Below are positions 26,880-37,389 of a stretch of DNA of 64,000 bases, in pieces. Source of the DNA: Candidatus Kerfeldbacteria bacterium RIFCSPHIGHO2_12_FULL_48_17. Lineage in GTDB: Bacteria; Patescibacteriota; Patescibacteriia; HO2-48-17. The stretch's first letter is position 1. Every line of letters begins with the position of its first letter. The stretch lies in the NCBI GenBank assembly GCA_001818775.1, contig MHKD01000042.1, positions 41,022-105,021 of the forward strand, given 5' to 3'. The notes beneath the pieces are model-generated. The model ran no database searches, had not been told where the DNA came from, and saw nothing but the letters and a program-made list of their open reading frames with translations. The translations under genes were made by a program, and so were the position numbers.

Positions 26880-28190
26880 CTACTGATAATATACCTTATC
26901 ACCAAAACGCAGATCTATGTACGTCAAATACCGTGGTTCCTCGGGATATTTCTCCCGAAGAACGGTGAGAAACTTACTCATCTGCGATTCGAAGGCATCA
27001 TCTGTCGTAAAGTAAATATCCCAACCGCCAACCGTACCGATACCGACATCACGGGCCACCGAAGCCACATCGCACGGCGCCGGTGTGTAGGTATTTTCAA
27101 AAATAATCTTTTCCTTCAATTGAGCGAAGCCGTCACTGGCTAAGGGTTGATTGGTGTTTACGCCAGCACCAGCATTCACATTCGCATTGGAATCGACGGT
27201 CTTTGGAGTCTCAGCGGGAACACTCGCCTCTTCCTGGTTTATATTTTGATCCCGCAAGGGTTCATCTTCCTCATTGGTATACAAACGGGATTGATCGAGT
27301 GTCTCCAAAAGTTCCAGACTCTCATCAACGGTAATCTCATCGTTCTGCAAAAGCTCCTGAATATGACGCTTTTCAGACTCAATCCGGGCAACCTCACCTT
27401 CCTCGAGCTGGTCCAACCTCACCCGCTTCTCTATGGTCTGCTTTTGTTCACACTGTACGGGCAAAATAAAAAATGTATCAACCACAACACCGGTACTCCT
27501 GGGAACGTCCTCATGCAAACGCAAAACAAGTTGGGTAAGATTTTCAGAAATAACCTTCTTGTTGACGTCAACACCGGAATTATTATGATCAAAAATTTTC
27601 GGAAAAGTTTCATCGAGTTGATCAGGTTGGGTCTTTTGGGTGACAACACCACTGGGATCGATGTAAAAATACTGATTATCACTTACCCAAACGAGCTTTG
27701 GTACACGCTCTTCCAGGGTGACATGAATATCATGCGGGAATGATTTTTTTACCGTAACGCTCTTCAGAGCGAAGTTATCAGCGATTTTTTCCTCAATGTG
27801 GCGGCGCATCCCCACCTCACCGACGAAAAAGTAGACATCTCTGTCCAAGAAAAACAACCATTTTCTATCTAGCTTTTCATGAACAATCGTAGCGATCTCA
27901 TTCTCCGTGATATAATGATTCCCCTCAACAGAAACATTGACAACCTTAAACGCCTGGACATAATTCAAAAAAACAACAAAAATGGCGACAATAAAAAAAA
28001 CAATCCCGACATGCACCCAGACATCCTTCCTGGGCGCACGCGCGCCAATGGGACGCTGCGAACCAGAAAAATGACGCTGCTTGGGAAAATACGGATTATG
28101 CGAACCATGCCGTGTGGCATTATCCGAAAAACCGACATCAACTGAGCGGCGCAATGGACGACGTGAAGATTTGCGAGAAAATATACCCAT
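26880..28190 (-). CDS. FtsQ/DivIB-like POTRA-domain membrane protein with a large insertion
   Basis: TM helix, VSVEGNHYI (POTRA), VKKSFPHDIHVTLEER, C-terminal YIDLRFGDKVYY. Confidence 0.8.
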   Translation of the reverse strand: MGIFSRKSSRRPLRRSVDVGFSDNATRHGSHNPYFPKQRHFSGSQRPIGARAPRKDVWVHVGIVFFIVAIFVVFLNYVQAFKVVNVSVEGNHYITENEIATIVHEKLDRKWLFFLDRDVYFFVGEVGMRRHIEEKIADNFALKSVTVKKSFPHDIHVTLEERVPKLVWVSDNQYFYIDPSGVVTQKTQPDQLDETFPKIFDHNNSGVDVNKKVISENLTQLVLRLHEDVPRSTGVVVDTFFILPVQCEQKQTIEKRVRLDQLEEGEVARIESEKRHIQELLQNDEITVDESLELLETLDQSRLYTNEEDEPLRDQNINQEEASVPAETPKTVDSNANVNAGAGVNTNQPLASDGFAQLKEKIIFENTYTPAPCDVASVARDVGIGTVGGWDIYFTTDDAFESQMSKFLTVLREKYPEEPRYLTYIDLRFGDKVYYQ

Positions 28191-28195
28191 ATACC

Positions 28196-29482
28196 CTAGG
28201 AACGCACTGAAATTTTTTTGAGACCACCCATGAACGGTTGCAAAACAAGCGGTATGGCAATACCACCGTCCTTCTGCTGATAATTCTCTAGAATGGCAAT
28301 CAGGGTGCGGCCCACAGCAAAGGCCGTGGCATCATTCATGTGAACAAATTGAGTTCCACCCTGTTTACGTTTGACGCGAATGTGGAGACGCCTGGCCTGA
28401 TAATCAGTCATAAGGTCAGAGGTATGGGTTTCACGGTACTTCCCCTGCCCGGGCATCCATGTCTCTATGTCGATCTGACGAGCGTCAGGACTGCTCATAT
28501 CCCCGGTGCATATCATGACCACATGGTACGGCAGCTCTAAAGCGCGCATAAAGTATTCCTGTATGGCCACGAAAAAATTCTGTTCGTCAATCGAATCCTC
28601 AGCAATGGTGAATGATTCCATCTCCAACTTATCAAATTGGTGGACGCGCAAAATACCCTTGGTATCCTTGCCATACGAACCGGCCTCGCGACGAAAAGCC
28701 GTTGAAAAACCGATATACCGCAGCGGCAAATCAGCCTCAGGAAAAGTTTCATCCATGTGCATGGCCCCGAGGGTGTGCTCGGCACTGCCTATCAAAAAAG
28801 CATCATCAGACGGAATATAATAACGCTCATCTTTTGGCTCCAAACGCGCCATTTTCTGAAACGCATCCGGCTTTATAAAAACGGGAGGTACTATGGGAAT
28901 AAACGCCGTCGGTAAAACAGAAAGATGGGCATCTTCAATGATTTTCGCGAGAATTTTCTCATCCGTAAGCGTCTGGAAAACAAACTGAACCAAAGCAAAC
29001 TCCATCCGGGCAGCTTCGCGTTTCAGGAAGGTAAACCGGGCACCTGACGTTTTCGCAGCCCGCTCATTATCAATGATGTCGAGTTTTTTCCCCAGCTCCC
29101 AGTGTGGCAGAGGTATAAAATCAAACTCTCGGGGCTCCCCCACTTTGCGGACAACCCTGTTTTCAGATTCATCCTTTCCAACTGGCGTATCCGCCGAAGG
29201 GACATTGGGCAGCATCTGCAGCAACGGCTCATATTTCGCCAGAACAAGGGCTGATTCTTTCTCCAATGCCTGAAGTTTTTGTTTTAACTCTTTCCCTTTT
29301 TTCGCATCCTTCTCCCGCGCAGCTGTTTTACGCATTTTCCTGATACCTTCCATCGCCTGCTGCAATTCGCGTCTGTGCTCATCAAGTTTTAACACTTCCT
29401 CAACGCTGACTTGTATGCGTTTATCTTTCGCAGCCTTCTGAACGAGCGCCTTATTTTCGCGGACAAAACGTATATCGAGCAT
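28196..29482 (-). CDS. serS: Serine--tRNA ligase
   Basis: MLDIRFVREN start (ATG 29482), FRREAGSYGKDTKGILRVHQFDKLE, DYQARR, ILENYQ. Confidence 0.97.
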   Translation of the reverse strand: MLDIRFVRENKALVQKAAKDKRIQVSVEEVLKLDEHRRELQQAMEGIRKMRKTAAREKDAKKGKELKQKLQALEKESALVLAKYEPLLQMLPNVPSADTPVGKDESENRVVRKVGEPREFDFIPLPHWELGKKLDIIDNERAAKTSGARFTFLKREAARMEFALVQFVFQTLTDEKILAKIIEDAHLSVLPTAFIPIVPPVFIKPDAFQKMARLEPKDERYYIPSDDAFLIGSAEHTLGAMHMDETFPEADLPLRYIGFSTAFRREAGSYGKDTKGILRVHQFDKLEMESFTIAEDSIDEQNFFVAIQEYFMRALELPYHVVMICTGDMSSPDARQIDIETWMPGQGKYRETHTSDLMTDYQARRLHIRVKRKQGGTQFVHMNDATAFAVGRTLIAILENYQQKDGGIAIPLVLQPFMGGLKKISVRS

Positions 29483-29561
29483 AAAATCTTCGTTAAAAAT
29501 AACCAAGTACTGCAACGACAATAACGTGTTGATTATATCACGAAAAGCCGACACATCAAAC

Positions 29562-29593
29562 AAAAAATGACAGCCTAACTTAAGACCGTCATT
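29562..29593 (-). terminator. Intrinsic terminator after greA
   Basis: Minus strand AATGACGGTCTTAAGTTAGGCTGTCATT followed by a T-tract. Confidence 0.7.
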
Positions 29594-29604
29594 AAGAACG
29601 CGTA

Positions 29605-30072
29605 TTAAGAAATATTCAGTATCTTGAAAGTGAGGACATTTTTCGGGGTGGTGACTTCGACCTGTTCGCCGACTTTCTTGCCCAAAAATTTCTGCCCAAG
29701 CGGAGATTCATTCGAGATCATACCGGCGGAAGGATCAGCTTCATTGGAACCGGTAATCGTGTAAGAAAATTTCTGCCCTTCCGTATTTTCAACTTCAACC
29801 GTTGTGCCGATGTGAACATCTTCCACTCTCGATGCCTTCTTAATGACCGTAACACTCCGAATAATGTCTTCTAATTCCATAATACGACGATCAGTATTTG
29901 CCTGTTCTTCCTTGGCAGCCGTGTATTCAGCGTTTTCAGAAAGATCTCCCAATTCCTGCGCATCGCGAATCCTCTGCGCCACTTCACGTCGCTTGGTGTG
30001 TTTCAAATATTCAAGCTCTTCCTTGAGCTTATCCAAACCGGCCTGGGTAATGAATTTTTGCTTGGGAGTCAT
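29605..30072 (-). CDS. greA: Transcription elongation factor GreA
   Basis: GDLSENAEY, ISNESPLG; start at ATG 30072. Confidence 0.97.
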   Translation of the reverse strand: MTPKQKFITQAGLDKLKEELEYLKHTKRREVAQRIRDAQELGDLSENAEYTAAKEEQANTDRRIMELEDIIRSVTVIKKASRVEDVHIGTTVEVENTEGQKFSYTITGSNEADPSAGMISNESPLGQKFLGKKVGEQVEVTTPKNVLTFKILNIS

Positions 30073-30108
30073 ACAACAAAAACATGAGAAATAAAATTGA
30101 CAAAAGTA

Positions 30109-30137
30109 AGTATATAGGGCACAAAAAAAACTGTCAA
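30109..30137 (-). promoter_or_regulatory. Sigma70 promoter of greA
   Basis: TTGACA (30137-30132), 17 bp, TATACT (30114-30109). Confidence 0.75.
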
Positions 30138-30200
30138 GAGAATTGCCAATGGTCGTCAACAGGAAAGACGGAAAACCCAAAAAAACAGGCGTAAAAAGAC

Positions 30201-32129
30201 CTAACGAGTGAAATACCACTGTAAGGTTTCTCTGGCAATCGGCAGGGCGGCATCATTACCTCCACCGGCGCCTTCGACCAAAACCGCAATGACCACCTCA
30301 GGATTTTCATAGGGAGCAAAACCCACAAACCAGGAGTGCGTCTTCCCTCCGCTTCCAAACTGGGCCGTACCGGTTTTCCCGCCACTGCTTACCGGCAACT
30401 CTTGCAAAGAACGCGCACTGCCAGCGAGGACGGCTTGACGCATACCATCCTTGACGGTATTGAGGTGCTGAGGATCAATGAAACCCTCACGTCGAATAAC
30501 GGGATCAGGCGTGGAAGAAACACTGCCATCGGGATTCAAGAACTCCTTAACAAAACGCGGCTGATACAATTTTCCGCCGTTGATGATCGTAGCTATGGAA
30601 TTCGCCAGTTGCAGAGGGGTAACGAGAATCTGACCCTGACCGATGGCATAATGATACGTATCTCCGATATACCAACGCTCGCCATAGGTATCTTCCTTCC
30701 ACTGCTTCGTCGGCAAAAAACCACTCACCTCACTGGGCAAATCAATTCCGGATTTTTCACCAAAACCAAATTTTTTGGCGTATTCGGTCAGGCGCTCGAC
30801 ACCAAGCCCGTCATCGCCGTTATAGCCGCCACCAACAATGTAAAAAAATGTATTCACCGATTCAGCCAGGGCTTTGGTAACATTCGTCTGGCCATGACCG
30901 CCCGGCTTCCAATCAGGAAAAACCCACTGGCCAATCTCTATACCGCCAACACTGGAAACCGTCGTGGTCGGCGTAATGACCCCCTCCTGCAAACCGGCCG
31001 CGGCTACCACCGGCTTAAACGTCGACCCGGACGGATAGGTACCCTGAATGGGGCGGAATAAAAGCGGGTTATCAGGGTTCTGAAAAATCTCCTCAATTTT
31101 GGCACTATCCGTCCCCTGATGAAAAACATTGCTGTCATAGGTGGGAAAACTCAGACTCGCCAAAATTGAACCGTCACGGGGATCCAGAACCACAACCGCC
31201 GCATCGGTAGCATCAGAAGTTTCAAAAAATGCCCTAACCTGTTCATAAATAAACGTTTGCAAGTCCTGATCAAGGGAAAGAAGTAAATTTTTGCCGCCGG
31301 TAGATTCGCTCTCAGCAATGACTTCCTTCTCACGACCGAACGAATCAACTTCAATCTGTTTTTTACCATCTACGCCCTTGAGAACGCGCTCATACGACGC
31401 CTCAAGCCCGGTTTTCCCGACATAATCCGTGAGCAAATAATCAGCGTAAGCGGGATCTTCCACCTCAGCCTGACTGATTTTACCGGTATAGCCCAAAATA
31501 TGACCGAGAGACTCGTTGCCAAGATACTGCCGACGGGCCGAAGCAACCACGCGGACACCAGGAATCTCCTGCGCCTTAATCGTTAAAAGTATCGCCGTAT
31601 CCTGGGGAATATCCTCCACCAGGGTAATGGCCTGAAAGGAATAACCTGGGAGAGATTCAAGAAAGGCATCGACATTAACGTCTCTATCGGGAGGAAGATA
31701 TTGCTTCAGCAACTGCTTAAGACGCTGCCTCGCACCCTCGGCCTGGAGAAGATCACCGGGAATGACATCAATGCGAAAAGAAGGAATATTCTTCACCAAT
31801 AAATTCTGCCGACGGTCAAAAATAACACCGCGTGAAGCTTTGACGGTTTCCACCCTGACCCTGTTACCTTCTGCAGCGACCAAGTAATGATCTCCGGAAA
31901 AACCCTGAAGAAAAAACAATCTCCCCCACAGAATGAAAAAACCGACGAACAAAACGATGATGGGAAAAAACAACCGCATCTTTTCTGTTGTTTTTTTTCC
32001 AACCCGGGGTCGGATAGGCTGGGCATCAAAAGGATTCTCAACCGTATATTGCTGAGAATAATCGCTCAACCTGGCATCGAAAACATCCGGTTCCCCATGA
32101 AAAAAATAACGATTTTCGGAATGCTTCAT
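30201..32129 (-). CDS. mrdA: Penicillin-binding protein 2
   Basis: RGVIFDR, GKTGLE, STFK (SxxK), SVN, KTG; follows mreBCD. Confidence 0.95.
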   Translation of the reverse strand: MKHSENRYFFHGEPDVFDARLSDYSQQYTVENPFDAQPIRPRVGKKTTEKMRLFFPIIVLFVGFFILWGRLFFLQGFSGDHYLVAAEGNRVRVETVKASRGVIFDRRQNLLVKNIPSFRIDVIPGDLLQAEGARQRLKQLLKQYLPPDRDVNVDAFLESLPGYSFQAITLVEDIPQDTAILLTIKAQEIPGVRVVASARRQYLGNESLGHILGYTGKISQAEVEDPAYADYLLTDYVGKTGLEASYERVLKGVDGKKQIEVDSFGREKEVIAESESTGGKNLLLSLDQDLQTFIYEQVRAFFETSDATDAAVVVLDPRDGSILASLSFPTYDSNVFHQGTDSAKIEEIFQNPDNPLLFRPIQGTYPSGSTFKPVVAAAGLQEGVITPTTTVSSVGGIEIGQWVFPDWKPGGHGQTNVTKALAESVNTFFYIVGGGYNGDDGLGVERLTEYAKKFGFGEKSGIDLPSEVSGFLPTKQWKEDTYGERWYIGDTYHYAIGQGQILVTPLQLANSIATIINGGKLYQPRFVKEFLNPDGSVSSTPDPVIRREGFIDPQHLNTVKDGMRQAVLAGSARSLQELPVSSGGKTGTAQFGSGGKTHSWFVGFAPYENPEVVIAVLVEGAGGGNDAALPIARETLQWYFTR

Positions 32130-32135
32130 AGAAGA

Positions 32136-32666
32136 CTAAAAATGTCTTGCCCAAATGAAACGACTTTTCAAACCACGAAAGCCATAGAAACCAACAGTGG
32201 CGAGTATGGAGTTAAGCGCGAGTTGAACAAGAATATTGTACAAAGAAATATCTGAGAAACCAATGAAAAATACATTCCAACGGAAAACCCAAAAAAGCCA
32301 TGATACCACGAGTACTATAGCATAAAAAGCCAGAGTCGTGATTATGAGTAAAATGAGGACGGAAAAAAGTGTCTGAATGGTGACCAATGAACGAAAAATA
32401 ACAAAACAAAAAACCAGGGCTAAAACAAGTGGTAAAGTAAAAGTACCGACATTAAGTGGTGAAAAGAAATCCAGGAGCACACCGGCAACCAATGCCCAGG
32501 CCAAAGCCACCTGGAAACTGCTGACAAACATGATAAACAGCAAAAAAACAATGACAAAGAAAAATTTTTCCGTACCCCCTGAAAAAATGGAAAAAAAACT
32601 GACCTGTAAAAGAATAATGAACAATAAGGAAAGAAACAAAAGAAAACGTGAAAAAAAACTTCTCAT
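32136..32666 (-). CDS. mreD: Rod shape-determining protein MreD
   Basis: Hydrophobic 176 aa, AGVLLDFFS motif, positioned between mreC and mrdA. Confidence 0.8.
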   Translation of the reverse strand: MRSFFSRFLLFLSLLFIILLQVSFFSIFSGGTEKFFFVIVFLLFIMFVSSFQVALAWALVAGVLLDFFSPLNVGTFTLPLVLALVFCFVIFRSLVTIQTLFSVLILLIITTLAFYAIVLVVSWLFWVFRWNVFFIGFSDISLYNILVQLALNSILATVGFYGFRGLKSRFIWARHF

Positions 32667-33475
32667 AATTGGTGCGGAAGAATGGCGGTGATAATTTCGA
32701 GTTTATGAAAATCAACCAAAGGTTCAACGCTTGCCTGCTGAAAAAGTTCGCCCTGGGGTTTATCAACGGTTTCAACTTTACCAATCACCAACCCCTTGGG
32801 AATGAAATCCTCGTCACCTGACGTAATGACAACCTGCCCTTCTTTCACATCCTCAAGCTGCGGAATGAGCTCCATGCGCAAAGCCAGGCCGTGTTCACCC
32901 CGCAGCAAACCAGGGCTTTGCGTATCATTCTGAATCAAGGCGCTGAGGCGGGTATTACTGTCACTGGCCAGGCGAACCTGTGCGGTTTCAGAAGTCACAT
33001 CACTCACCTTGCCGATGAAAATACCACCGGAAACAACCACCGGCACACCGATACCAAGACCATCGGAACTCCCTTTATTCACCAGAATCACCTGTGAAGC
33101 GGGATCACTCGACCTGCCGATAACGTGCATGGGCAGGGCTAAAAAATTTTGCTCCTGTATAAATGCAAGTTGCTCTTGTAAAATTCCCGTTTGTTCAAGC
33201 TGATTACGTAAACGCGTATTTTCAACAATAAGATTATTGATGTCATCGTGAAGTTTTCGATTCTCCTGAAGCACAGCAGATGCGTCAATGTCAGCGGCAG
33301 GATTGACGCCGCCGATGCGAAGACCAAGACGGTAAAGCTGTGTTTGCACAGGGCGGCTCACAAAACCGACAGCGCTTTTCAGAGGACCGAGCCAGCCAAA
33401 GGCATCAAACAAAACCAGCGCAATCACAAGAACAATAATAACAAAGATGGAAGTAAAGCGACGAGGCAGCCGCAT
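32663..33475 (-). CDS. mreC: Rod shape-determining protein MreC
   Basis: TM helix, coiled coil EN.RL, VNKGSSDG, VITSG...PKGLVIG. Confidence 0.93.
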   Translation of the reverse strand: MRLPRRFTSIFVIIVLVIALVLFDAFGWLGPLKSAVGFVSRPVQTQLYRLGLRIGGVNPAADIDASAVLQENRKLHDDINNLIVENTRLRNQLEQTGILQEQLAFIQEQNFLALPMHVIGRSSDPASQVILVNKGSSDGLGIGVPVVVSGGIFIGKVSDVTSETAQVRLASDSNTRLSALIQNDTQSPGLLRGEHGLALRMELIPQLEDVKEGQVVITSGDEDFIPKGLVIGKVETVDKPQGELFQQASVEPLVDFHKLEIITAILPHQL

Positions 33476-33478
33476 AGA

Positions 33479-34540
33479 TTATTTCATTATTCTCTCGTCA
33501 TGCGTTGAGAGTACAAAAATATCACGCAATGCTTCAATATCCTCGAGAACACGGCCCGTACCGCGGACAACGGCCGTGAGTGGGTCATCAACCACCTTGA
33601 CGGGAACCTGGGTGATTTTCTGAATAACCTTGTCAAAACCACGCAATAAGGCACCGCCACCGGACATTAAAATCCCCCGTTCATAAATATCAGCCACCAG
33701 TTCCGGGGGCGTACTCTCCAAAGTATCTTTAATGGCGTCGGAAAACAGCTTCACGGAACGGCCGATGGCCTCGCGGACGTGTTCACTGCTCACCGTCATC
33801 TCGCGCGGCAGACCCGTGATGATATCACGACCGCGAACCTTGGATTCCAGAACGTCGACATCTTCGCTGGCCGAACCGATGGCGATTTTCAATTCTTCGG
33901 CCGTACGTTCACCAAGCAGCAGATTAAACTGATCGCGGTGGTAGGCAACGATATTGCGGTTAAGCTCATCCCCGGCGATGCGCAGTGATTTTGAAGTGAC
34001 CACCCCACCCAGAGCGACCACGGCAATTTCCGTCGTACCGCCACCGATATCCACAATCATGTGACCCGTGGCATCCTGAACCGGAACACGGGCGCCAATC
34101 GCCGCTGCCATGGGCTCTTCAATCAAAAACACCTCACGCGCACCGGCATTCAAAGCCGCGTCTTCAACGGCTTTTCTCTCAACTTCCGTAACACCTAAAG
34201 GAATACCAATGACAATGCGCGGACGGGGTAAAATAGTAAACGTCTCCCGATGAACCTTTTCAATAAAATGCTTCAGCATCTTTTCCGTAACTTCAAAATC
34301 AGAAACAACACCCTCAACCAAAGGCCGGATAGCAACAATATGACTGGGAGTCCTGCCAATCATATTGCGGGCTTCCTGACCAACGGCTAAAACATGACCG
34401 GTGCGTTCATTCACAGCCACAACCGAAGGCTCGTTAATCACAATGCCCTTATCACGAACATAGACCAGGGTATTGGCTGTACCCAAATCAATGCCCAAAT
34501 CCTTTGAAAATCTTCCAAAAAAATTCTTAATAATACCCAT
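33479..34540 (-). CDS. mreB: Rod shape-determining protein MreB
   Basis: GIDLGTANT, EPSVVA, EEPMAAAIGA, DIGGGTTE, SGGGALL. Confidence 0.97.
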   Translation of the reverse strand: MGIIKNFFGRFSKDLGIDLGTANTLVYVRDKGIVINEPSVVAVNERTGHVLAVGQEARNMIGRTPSHIVAIRPLVEGVVSDFEVTEKMLKHFIEKVHRETFTILPRPRIVIGIPLGVTEVERKAVEDAALNAGAREVFLIEEPMAAAIGARVPVQDATGHMIVDIGGGTTEIAVVALGGVVTSKSLRIAGDELNRNIVAYHRDQFNLLLGERTAEELKIAIGSASEDVDVLESKVRGRDIITGLPREMTVSSEHVREAIGRSVKLFSDAIKDTLESTPPELVADIYERGILMSGGGALLRGFDKVIQKITQVPVKVVDDPLTAVVRGTGRVLEDIEALRDIFVLSTHDERIMK

Positions 34541-34643
34541 AGTTGAATAAAAATGCAGGAAAACCGTGCCTGCATCTTGGCATAAAAATAAGGGGGTGAC
34601 AAGGCGCCCAAAGCCTGCCCCTGGAAAAACTTTGGGCAGAATA

Positions 34644-35771
34644 TTATGAAAACAGGCCCTTAAAAAAACTCACAATAGCGCCGCCATAGCGGCCAATATC
34701 CCGGAAGGTAACGATGACAACCAACGTCAACAAAAGCGCAAAACCGATACGGTGGGCCAAGCCCTCAATTTTTTCGCTGTTCTGCTTGCGCCTGATACGC
34801 TCAATAGTCACAAAAAGGAGCCTACCGCCATCAAGAGCCGGAATGGGCAGAATATTGAAAATAGCCAGGTTTATGGAAAGAATGGCGGTAAACTGGAGCA
34901 CATAGCTGATTCCCAAACGGGCTGCCTGACCGGTCAGTGCTGCTATGCCAATGGGGCCGGCGAGCTCGGCTCCCACGCTGCCTGAAGTAAAAAGCGCACG
35001 AAGTAACCCGAACAGCGCCACAAAAATAGCCGCCAGAAAGCCGAAGGTGTTGAGGAACCCCAGCCAGATGGCACGGTACCATGGATACGAAACCAAACCC
35101 GTATCAAGCAAAGACAGGCCCAAGACCCCGCGGCCGTCATCGAAACGGGAAATGGGAATATCATACGCCAGATTTTGACCGGCTCTGTCAAAAACCAGGT
35201 GAACGGTCTGTCCGACGCGTGAAGCATTATATTCCTGAACAAACGCCGCCGAAGTGACAGCAGCGCCATCAAGGGTCACCACCTTATCACCCGGCTGAAT
35301 GTCGAAGCTGGCGGCGCCAAAACCTTCGTGCACAGCGCTCACCTGCACTGCCTGATTGCGCACCCGACTACCGGAAGTCGCAACCTGATCATCAATGATT
35401 GTCGGTGAACCAATCATGAAACCAATCGACAATAAAACAACCGCCAAAACCAAATTCATGATGACACCGGCCAATAAAATCAAAGCCTTCTGCCAGTATT
35501 TTTTCCGCGCAAAGCTGTTGGCATCTTTATACACCTCCGGATTTTCTTCCTCTCCCACCACGCCTTTTATCTTCACAAAACCACCAAGGGGTATCCAGTT
35601 GATGCTGTACAGAGTCCCCTTGTATTTTATACCGAATAGGCGCGGCGGAAAACCAAAACCGAATTCATCAACCTGCACGCCGGACTTCTTGGCCATAAGA
35701 AAATGACCGAGTTCATGAACAAAAACCAAAAGCCCAAGTATAACGACAAAAAGTATGACCGTGAATAACAT
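34644..35771 (-). CDS. rseP: Site-2 (RIP) metalloprotease RseP
   Basis: HELGH (HExxH), PLGGFVKI, PDZ-like region, NILPIPALDGG. Confidence 0.93.
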   Translation of the reverse strand: MLFTVILFVVILGLLVFVHELGHFLMAKKSGVQVDEFGFGFPPRLFGIKYKGTLYSINWIPLGGFVKIKGVVGEEENPEVYKDANSFARKKYWQKALILLAGVIMNLVLAVVLLSIGFMIGSPTIIDDQVATSGSRVRNQAVQVSAVHEGFGAASFDIQPGDKVVTLDGAAVTSAAFVQEYNASRVGQTVHLVFDRAGQNLAYDIPISRFDDGRGVLGLSLLDTGLVSYPWYRAIWLGFLNTFGFLAAIFVALFGLLRALFTSGSVGAELAGPIGIAALTGQAARLGISYVLQFTAILSINLAIFNILPIPALDGGRLLFVTIERIRRKQNSEKIEGLAHRIGFALLLTLVVIVTFRDIGRYGGAIVSFFKGLFS

Positions 35772-35779
35772 AGAATGAA

Positions 35780-36328
35780 TTAAATGGAGAGAATTTCTTC
35801 TTCCTTCTTAGCGAATATTTGATGAATTTTCTCATTGTACTCGTCAACAACCTCCTGTAATTTTTTCTGCCGACCGTGAAAATCGTCCTCTGAGATAGCG
35901 CCGGATTTATGATCCTCTTTCCAACCCCTAATCACCGACTCACGGACCATACGAACGGCGACCTTGGCTTCTTCTGTTTTTTGATTGGCGATCTTTGTGA
36001 TTTCCTTGCGCCTTTCTTCGGTCATGGGCGGCAAATTCAAGCGGATCAGATTACCGGCGACCACCGGCTTTGCTCCGAGTTGAGCGAGCTCCAAAGCCTT
36101 TTCAACGGCCTGAATAACATTTTTATCCCAGGGTTGAATGGTCAGTGATTTACTGTCAGGCGTCGAGATATTTGCCAACTGATTCAGTGGGGTGTCAACG
36201 CCATACGCCAGAACGCTGACACGCTCAACCAGGGCAGGAGTGGCACGACCGGTGCGCAGCTGGGAAAGTTCATGCGTAAAATGATCAATGGCGGCATCAA
36301 ATTTTTTTACGACATCATGTGGAATCAT
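35780..36328 (-). CDS. frr: Ribosome recycling factor
   Basis: LRTGRATPALV, IQPWD, PPMTEERRKE. Confidence 0.97.
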   Translation of the reverse strand: MIPHDVVKKFDAAIDHFTHELSQLRTGRATPALVERVSVLAYGVDTPLNQLANISTPDSKSLTIQPWDKNVIQAVEKALELAQLGAKPVVAGNLIRLNLPPMTEERRKEITKIANQKTEEAKVAVRMVRESVIRGWKEDHKSGAISEDDFHGRQKKLQEVVDEYNEKIHQIFAKKEEEILSI

Positions 36329-36339
36329 AAGATAATAAA

Positions 36340-37389
36340 TTATTTTGTAATTTTTTTCGTACCGGCATACAGGACAGACGTCTCAACCGGATGCACAAGA
36401 AGCTGGGTAATGGGGCGTGTCGAAGGAAAACCCTCGAGGGTCATCCAGCTGCGACCGCCATCTTCTGTCTTATGAATAAGATTACCGACGACAAAGTAAA
36501 CAGTGCGCGGGTTCAGCGGGTTGATGACCAGGGATTCAATATTCACCCTGTCTTTCAAAAGCGTTTCGATGGAGCCCCAGGAACCACCGGCATCGCGTGA
36601 TTCCAGTAAACCAAACCTGGAAGCGATAATAATATGAGCCGTATCGGTGGGGTCAATGACAAACGCGGTGATATTCCTGGCATCCGGAAATTCCTTAAAG
36701 ACCTCAACAAAAGGTTGCCACGTCACTCCCCCGTCTGTTGATTTTTCAAAGCCACTGCCGGGTACCAAAATATAAAGCGCGGAGCTGTTCGCCGGGTCGG
36801 AAACAATTCTGGTAATAGGCCGCTTCGGCTCCAGACTGTAGATAACCTGCCAATTGATGCCATTATCAATACTCTGTAAAATGTTACCGTCTGCCGTACT
36901 GATGAGTATACGACTCGGGGTGGTAAAGTCAATAAAAACATCGGTGATAGCCGCCCTGTTCGTGTTGACGTACACCGTCTCCCACGTCTTCCCCTGATCA
37001 ACAGATTTCGCAACCTCATTTTTACTCGAAGCAAACAAAATCTTCGTATTTTTCCGATTAATGTCCAGACGCGCAATATTACCACCCAAGGTGGTCTGCT
37101 TCCATACTTCACCGTCATTTTCACTGATGAACAAGCCGGCCTGAGCCGTGGCAGCATAAACAATCCGGGGTTCAAGAGGGTCGAACATGAGCTGGTTAAC
37201 AGTGAAATCCTTCATACTGCCACTCTGAACGATAAACTGCGCATTGCTGCGATCATGCCAGGTTTCGGCGCCATCAACACTCAGAAACACACCGCCGTCG
37301 ATCGGAACTTCAGCTTTGCCGCAACCGACAAAGAAAACCAGCGAAACCATAGCCAAGGCGAAGCGCCCGGGTAAATGAAAAAATTTCAT
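36340..37389 (-). CDS. Lipoprotein with BNR/Asp-box repeats (YCF48-like beta-propeller)
   Basis: Lipobox-like FFVGC; about seven S/T-x-D-x-G-x-T/S-W repeats. Confidence 0.8.
   Translation of the reverse strand: MKFFHLPGRFALAMVSLVFFVGCGKAEVPIDGGVFLSVDGAETWHDRSNAQFIVQSGSMKDFTVNQLMFDPLEPRIVYAATAQAGLFISENDGEVWKQTTLGGNIARLDINRKNTKILFASSKNEVAKSVDQGKTWETVYVNTNRAAITDVFIDFTTPSRILISTADGNILQSIDNGINWQVIYSLEPKRPITRIVSDPANSSALYILVPGSGFEKSTDGGVTWQPFVEVFKEFPDARNITAFVIDPTDTAHIIIASRFGLLESRDAGGSWGSIETLLKDRVNIESLVINPLNPRTVYFVVGNLIHKTEDGGRSWMTLEGFPSTRPITQLLVHPVETSVLYAGTKKITK

Noticed and set aside
26595-26905. Short ORFs 26595-26861 (+) and 26687-26905 (-)
   Set aside because: Low-complexity translations overlapping the terminator and dif-like region; no coding evidence.
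27072-27452. Intein in the FtsQ-like protein
   Set aside because: It begins with Cys but lacks the C-terminal His-Asn and other splicing motifs.
30123-30130. Poly-A tract in the greA promoter spacer as a phase-variation site
   Set aside because: A/T runs of 7-8 are common throughout this window.
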